Source: Bacteroidales bacterium
GTDB taxonomy: Bacteria > Bacteroidota > Bacteroidia > Bacteroidales > VadinHA17
DNA length: 64,000 nucleotides
Direction: 5' to 3'
NCBI GenBank assembly: GCA_017882305.1
Contig: JADGPU010000001.1
Coordinates: forward strand, 7,789 to 71,788
A program made the translations under genes and the position numbers. Below, piece after piece: positions 59,708 through 64,000 of this stretch. The notes beneath the pieces were generated by a model that was not told where the DNA came from, did no database searches, and saw only the letters and a list, made by a program, of their open reading frames with translations. Within the stretch, counting starts at the first letter, position 1. Each line of letters opens with the position of its first letter.

Positions 59708-61938
59708 TCAGGGGGCTGGTTCAGGGTGTCGGATTCCGCCCTTTTATATGCAGAATGGCCTCGAAACACGGTCTGTTTGGAGAAGTGGATAACAGATCTG
59801 ATGGTGTTTCTGTAATTGTTCAGGGTGATCTTAAAACAATTGACCTGTTTGGTAACGATATCCTTCAGTATGCTCCTCCTGCATCACAGATAAAATCTAT
59901 AGAGATAAAGTCCACACAAATCGGCATTTATAACAGTTTCAGAATAACTGGTAGCAAAACAATTGAAAATCAGATTACTGAAATCAGTCCTGATATTGCT
60001 GTATGCAACGATTGCCTGGAAGATATGGAAAGTGATCCTGATAGAATAGATTACCCATTTGTCAATTGTACCAATTGCGGTCCCCGGTTTACCATTATTG
60101 AAGGATTGCCTTACGACAGGCAAAAAACCACTATGAAAAGCTTCAGAATGTGTGAGAGTTGTAATTCAGAATATAATGACATTCTCAATCGCCGCTTTCA
60201 TGCCCAGCCAATTGCATGTAACTCATGCGGACCTTTTTACCACTACAAAGACTCCTTAAAAAGACTGACGGATATCAGGCTTATACTTCAGGAAGTTTCT
60301 CTGCAGATAGCTTCAGGTAAGACAGTTGCAATTAAAGGTCTCGGGGGATATCACTTGATGTGTGACGCATTGAATGACAATGCGGTAAGCGAAATGAGAC
60401 AAAAGAAACAAAGGGATTCAAAGCCATTTGCCGTAATGTTCAGGGATATCCCTGCAGCAAAAAAATATTGTTATATCGATGAAGCGGAAGAAAAAGAGAT
60501 AAAATCCTGGCGCAGACCCATCCTGATCCTGAAACAGAGGGAGAATCTATCTCCATCAGTGAACAAAGGACTTAACACAATCGGAGCAATGCTCCCGTAT
60601 ATGCCTGTCCATTATATGCTTTTCAAGTCTCTGAGAACACCTGCAGTTGTACTGACCAGCGGTAACATTTCAGATGAACCAATTATCACTGATGATCAGA
60701 TGGCTGAGAGACAATTGATGTCAATTGCTGATTCTTTTTTATCCTACAACAGGCAGATTTTCAACAGAACCGACGATTCTGTTATAAGAATTATAAACCA
60801 AAAAGTTAGTGTTTTCCGTCGTTCAAGAGGATTTGTACCACGACCTGTTGATCTGAAATACAGTGTTGAAGGTATAATTGCGTTTGGAGCCGAACAGAAA
60901 AATAGTTTTTGTATCGGGAAGGGTAATCAGGCAGTTATGAGTCAGTATATCGGAGATCTGAAAAATCCTGCAACCTACAATTTTTTTTGTGAGACAATTG
61001 ACAGGTTTTCAGATATTTTCAGGTTCAGACCTGAATTGATTGCTTGTGATCTTCATCCTCAGTATCTGTCAACACATTATGCTGAATTATTTGAAAATGA
61101 ATTAAATATACCTCTCATCAGGGTGCAGCATCACCATGCTCATATTGCATCTTGTATGGCTGAGCACGGATTAGATGAGGAGATAATCGGAGTTAGCCTG
61201 GACGGTACTGGCTTCGGTTCGGATGGGAATATATGGGGTGGTGAATTCCTGATAGCTGATCTGAAAGGATTTACTCGTTTTAAATATTTCGATTACGTTC
61301 CTATGCCTGGTGGCGAGAAAGCAGTTGATGAGCCATGGAGAATGGCATATTCATATATTTTCAAATACTTTGGTGAAAGTTTTGATTATGAATCAGTATC
61401 TCTCTTTAAATCAATTGATAAAAAAAAGTTATCAGTGATTAAGGAGATGCTGGTAAACAAGATAAATACCCCATTGACTTCGGGTGCAGGTCGACTTTTT
61501 GATGCGGTATCGGCAATTATCGGACTTTGCCCTGAGGCGATATTCGATTCTGAGGCACCCATGAGGCTTGAATCTGCAATAGACTGTGAGACAAATGATT
61601 TTTATCCGTTCCAGACCGATAATACCATTGTCTTTGCTGATACAATAAAGGCAATTATTGAAGATTTGCCCAAACAAAAAAAATCTGTAATTTCAGCAAA
61701 ATTTCACAACACAGTTGCACAAGCTATTCTTGAAGTCTCAAAACAGATCAGAAAAGAAAAATCCCTGAATAAGGTCATCCTTTCGGGTGGTGTCTTTCAG
61801 AATAAGTACCTTCTGGAAAAATCTCAGTATCTTTTAAGCCGGAACAGGTTTAAGGTCTTCACAAATCACCTTGTGCCTGCTAATGATGGAGGAATTTCCC
61901 TGGGACAAATAGTAATTGCTTCAAAAATGAGAAAATAA
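59704..61938 (+). CDS. hypF: Carbamoyltransferase HypF
   Basis: Acylphosphatase motif VQGVGFRP, two zinc fingers (CNDCLEDM...CTNCGPRF and CESCNSEY...CNSCGP), and YrdC and Kae1-like domains. The TTG start overlaps the rex stop. Confidence 0.92.
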   Translation: MIRGLVQGVGFRPFICRMASKHGLFGEVDNRSDGVSVIVQGDLKTIDLFGNDILQYAPPASQIKSIEIKSTQIGIYNSFRITGSKTIENQITEISPDIAVCNDCLEDMESDPDRIDYPFVNCTNCGPRFTIIEGLPYDRQKTTMKSFRMCESCNSEYNDILNRRFHAQPIACNSCGPFYHYKDSLKRLTDIRLILQEVSLQIASGKTVAIKGLGGYHLMCDALNDNAVSEMRQKKQRDSKPFAVMFRDIPAAKKYCYIDEAEEKEIKSWRRPILILKQRENLSPSVNKGLNTIGAMLPYMPVHYMLFKSLRTPAVVLTSGNISDEPIITDDQMAERQLMSIADSFLSYNRQIFNRTDDSVIRIINQKVSVFRRSRGFVPRPVDLKYSVEGIIAFGAEQKNSFCIGKGNQAVMSQYIGDLKNPATYNFFCETIDRFSDIFRFRPELIACDLHPQYLSTHYAELFENELNIPLIRVQHHHAHIASCMAEHGLDEEIIGVSLDGTGFGSDGNIWGGEFLIADLKGFTRFKYFDYVPMPGGEKAVDEPWRMAYSYIFKYFGESFDYESVSLFKSIDKKKLSVIKEMLVNKINTPLTSGAGRLFDAVSAIIGLCPEAIFDSEAPMRLESAIDCETNDFYPFQTDNTIVFADTIKAIIEDLPKQKKSVISAKFHNTVAQAILEVSKQIRKEKSLNKVILSGGVFQNKYLLEKSQYLLSRNRFKVFTNHLVPANDGGISLGQIVIASKMRK

Positions 61939-62162
61939 TGTGTCTGAGTATTCCAGCAAAGATTGTATCCATCGACGGTAATATGGCAGAGGTATCAGCC
62001 GGAGGTGCAATATTTAGTGCAGGTCTGCATATGATCGAAAATGCCAGGGTCGGAGACTATGTCCTTTTACATGCCGGGTTTGCAATCCAGAAGATAAGTG
62101 ATAAGGAGGCTGAAGAAACTATAAGATTACTTGAAGAGATGAATAATTCTCTGAATGAATAA
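61938..62162 (+). CDS. hypC: Hydrogenase assembly chaperone HypC
   Basis: 74 aa beginning MCLSIPAKIV. Confidence 0.92.
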   Translation: MCLSIPAKIVSIDGNMAEVSAGGAIFSAGLHMIENARVGDYVLLHAGFAIQKISDKEAEETIRLLEEMNNSLNE

Positions 62163-62167
62163 TATGT

Positions 62168-63253
62168 ATGAAGTACATTGATGAGTTCAGAAATAAAGAT
62201 CTGGTCACGAAACTTGCTGATCTTATCCATAAGACAGCCATACGTGATTATGTCTTTATGGAAGTGTGCGGAGGACATACGGCTGCGATACACAGGTTTG
62301 GCATTCCGTATTTACTTCCGGAGAATGTGAAGCTGATCTCTGGTCCGGGATGTCCCGTATGTGTTACAGGAACAGATTTCATTGATAAGGCTATCGCTTA
62401 TTCAAAAATGGAAGATATTATAATTACAACTTATGGAGATTTAATTAAAGTACCAGGTTCATCTTCATCACTCGAAAAAGAAAAAGCAGCTGGGGCGGAT
62501 ATAAGAATTGTTCTTTCAGGGCTTGATGCGCTTGAGATCGCCATGATAAATTCTGGTAAAAAAATCATTTTTCTGGGCATAGGATTTGAAACAACTGCTC
62601 CAGGCACTGCTGTCACAATAAAAGAGGCTAAAAGGGAGAATGTTAAGAATTTTTTTCTCTTAAATGCACATAAACTGATGCCTCCTGCAATGGAGGCCAT
62701 TATAAGAGAAGGAGTCAGGCTTGATGGTTTTATTTGTCCGGGGCATGTCGCCACCATTACTGGTTCTTCAATATTTAATTTCATTCCTGAGAAGTTTAAT
62801 CTGGCATGTGTAGTAACAGGTTTTGAACCTTTGGATATATTGCAATCAATTCTGATGCTGATAAAAATGGTAAACAAAGATGCTCCAAAAGTGGAGATTC
62901 AATATAACCGCGCAGTTACATTGTATGGCAACTCAATAGCACAGAAGCATCTGTCAGAAGTCTTCAAACCGTGTGATGCTCCCTGGAGAGGCTTTGGAGT
63001 AATTCCTTTAAGCGGACTTACGTTAAGAAAGGATTTTGAGAAGTTTAATATAGAGAATGAAATACCGGTAGAAATTAGTTATCAGGAAGACAATGAACTT
63101 TGTATCTGTGGAAAGATCCTTACGGGACTGGAAACGCCAGAGGATTGTCCGCTTTTCGCAGAAATATGCTTTCCGGAAAATCCAGTGGGAGCATGTATGG
63201 TTTCCAGTGAAGGGACCTGCAACAGCTGGTATAAATACAGAATGGTTAAATGA
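62168..63253 (+). CDS. hypD: Hydrogenase formation protein HypD
   Basis: EVCGGHT, SGPGCPVCV, GFETTAP, and CPGHV motifs. Confidence 0.92.
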   Translation: MKYIDEFRNKDLVTKLADLIHKTAIRDYVFMEVCGGHTAAIHRFGIPYLLPENVKLISGPGCPVCVTGTDFIDKAIAYSKMEDIIITTYGDLIKVPGSSSSLEKEKAAGADIRIVLSGLDALEIAMINSGKKIIFLGIGFETTAPGTAVTIKEAKRENVKNFFLLNAHKLMPPAMEAIIREGVRLDGFICPGHVATITGSSIFNFIPEKFNLACVVTGFEPLDILQSILMLIKMVNKDAPKVEIQYNRAVTLYGNSIAQKHLSEVFKPCDAPWRGFGVIPLSGLTLRKDFEKFNIENEIPVEISYQEDNELCICGKILTGLETPEDCPLFAEICFPENPVGACMVSSEGTCNSWYKYRMVK

Positions 63254-64000
63254 ATGATTTTGTCTCTTTGAATCATGGTAGTGGCGGGAAGCTTACCCAC
63301 GAACTTATTGAAAAAATGTTTGTGAAAAGGTTTGCGATGTCAGAGCCTTTGACAGATTCTTTCATTCTTAAAGAATCAGGATTGGCACTTGCTTTTACTA
63401 CTGATTCATATGTTGTGGATCCTCTTTTCTTTCCCGGAGGCAACATTGGTAAACTAGCCATATGCGGTACCGTAAATGACCTGGCAGTATCTGGTGCCAT
63501 TCCTGGTTATATTTCAGCCTCTTTTATCATTGAAGAGGGTTTCCCTATGAATGACCTTGTTTTGATTGCAGAATCGATGGCTGAAGAGGCTGCGAAAGCA
63601 GGAGTGAAGATTGTCACAGGAGATACGAAAGTTGTTGATAAGGGGAAATGCGATAAGTTATTTATTACAACTTCCGGGACAGGCATTCTTAGACCGGATC
63701 TGGATTACATAAGCACAGGCAAAAGGATTAAACCCGGAGATAAGCTTATCATCAATGGGCCTCTGGGTAATCATGCCATAGCGGTTCTCGGTGCCCGAAA
63801 CAAGCTGACTTTCAGGACTACAGTTACTTCGGACTGTGCATCATTAAACCATTTGATTCACAAAGTAATGAAAAACTGCACAGAAATACTTTTTATGCGC
63901 GATGTGACCAGGGGTGGGCTTGCAACAGTTTTGAACGAGCTTGCAAGGATGATAAGGTCGGGTATCATAGTAAACGAAGCATTAATTCCGATCGATGATC
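63250..64000 (+). CDS. hypE: Hydrogenase expression/formation protein HypE; 3' end lies outside the window
   Basis: Not in the ORF track because no stop falls inside the window. The ATG at 63250 overlaps the hypD stop (ATGA). It reads MNDFVSLNHGSGGKLTHELIE...DSYVVDPLFFPGGNIGKLAICGTVNDLAVSGA. Confidence 0.9.
   Translation, partial: MNDFVSLNHGSGGKLTHELIEKMFVKRFAMSEPLTDSFILKESGLALAFTTDSYVVDPLFFPGGNIGKLAICGTVNDLAVSGAIPGYISASFIIEEGFPMNDLVLIAESMAEEAAKAGVKIVTGDTKVVDKGKCDKLFITTSGTGILRPDLDYISTGKRIKPGDKLIINGPLGNHAIAVLGARNKLTFRTTVTSDCASLNHLIHKVMKNCTEILFMRDVTRGGLATVLNELARMIRSGIIVNEALIPIDD

Noticed and set aside
1-64000. Mobile elements, prophage, defence islands, and tRNA or rRNA genes.
   Set aside because: I recognised no integrase, transposase, phage structural, restriction-modification, toxin-antitoxin or cas-like ORFs, and no tRNA-like cloverleaf or rRNA-like stretch. 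The only cassette-like structure is the GxxExxY unit, which is reported as a finding.

Overview
This is an AT-rich 64-kb chromosomal segment. The gene content (GxxExxY protein, DUF3127, MnmD, a TAT-exported TIM-barrel isomerase, PAS/LytTR signalling) and the TAnnTTTG-type -7 promoter boxes suggest an anaerobic member of the Bacteroidota. I saw no transposase, integrase, phage, CRISPR, tRNA or rRNA genes.

Housekeeping genes (pfkA, purL, dcp, tkt, two PPIases, an M1 peptidase) are interspersed with three redox modules that appear to belong together:
(i) 7878-9996 encodes an SQR-like flavoprotein plus TusE-like and DsrE-like sulfur-relay proteins. Next to it lie a class-V PLP enzyme, ETF-QO and a fused EtfB-EtfA (2552-7752).
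(ii) 14861-19911 encodes an HdrC-HdrB-HdrA-HdrC2 set ending in a cytochrome-b-like membrane domain fused to an HdrD-like protein.
(iii) 45557-58831 is a 19-gene minus-strand operon for a group-4 [NiFe]-hydrogenase with both Ni-Fe Cys pairs present. A complete Mrp antiporter gene set is embedded in it, and an AsrAB / sulfhydrogenase-beta-gamma-like NAD(P)H module sits at its front. It faces a divergent rex-hypFCDE operon.

Modules i, ii and iii each carry an 18-bp Rex-type palindrome placed directly after a -7 box, and rex itself carries a fourth palindrome across its start codon. This points to one NADH-responsive regulon, which is my best candidate for the interesting system.

A second theme is that the intergenic spacers are built from degenerate short-period word arrays. 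Seven sites have a 7-nt period, including an 81-nt spacer inside the otherwise tightly packed hydrogenase operon; one site has an 8-nt and one a 9-nt period. There is also a dispersed CCCGC-CTT-GCGGG hairpin element (2 copies), and GCWGAT word arrays sit in inverted orientation around the GxxExxY gene.

Other observations: a 1-nt frameshift splits a large hybrid histidine kinase, two PAS kinases are tandem paralogs, and a DUF3127 protein has an SSB-like C-terminal tip.

All family calls come from motif recognition by eye. No database search, HMM or folding calculation was run, and novelty cannot be verified here.
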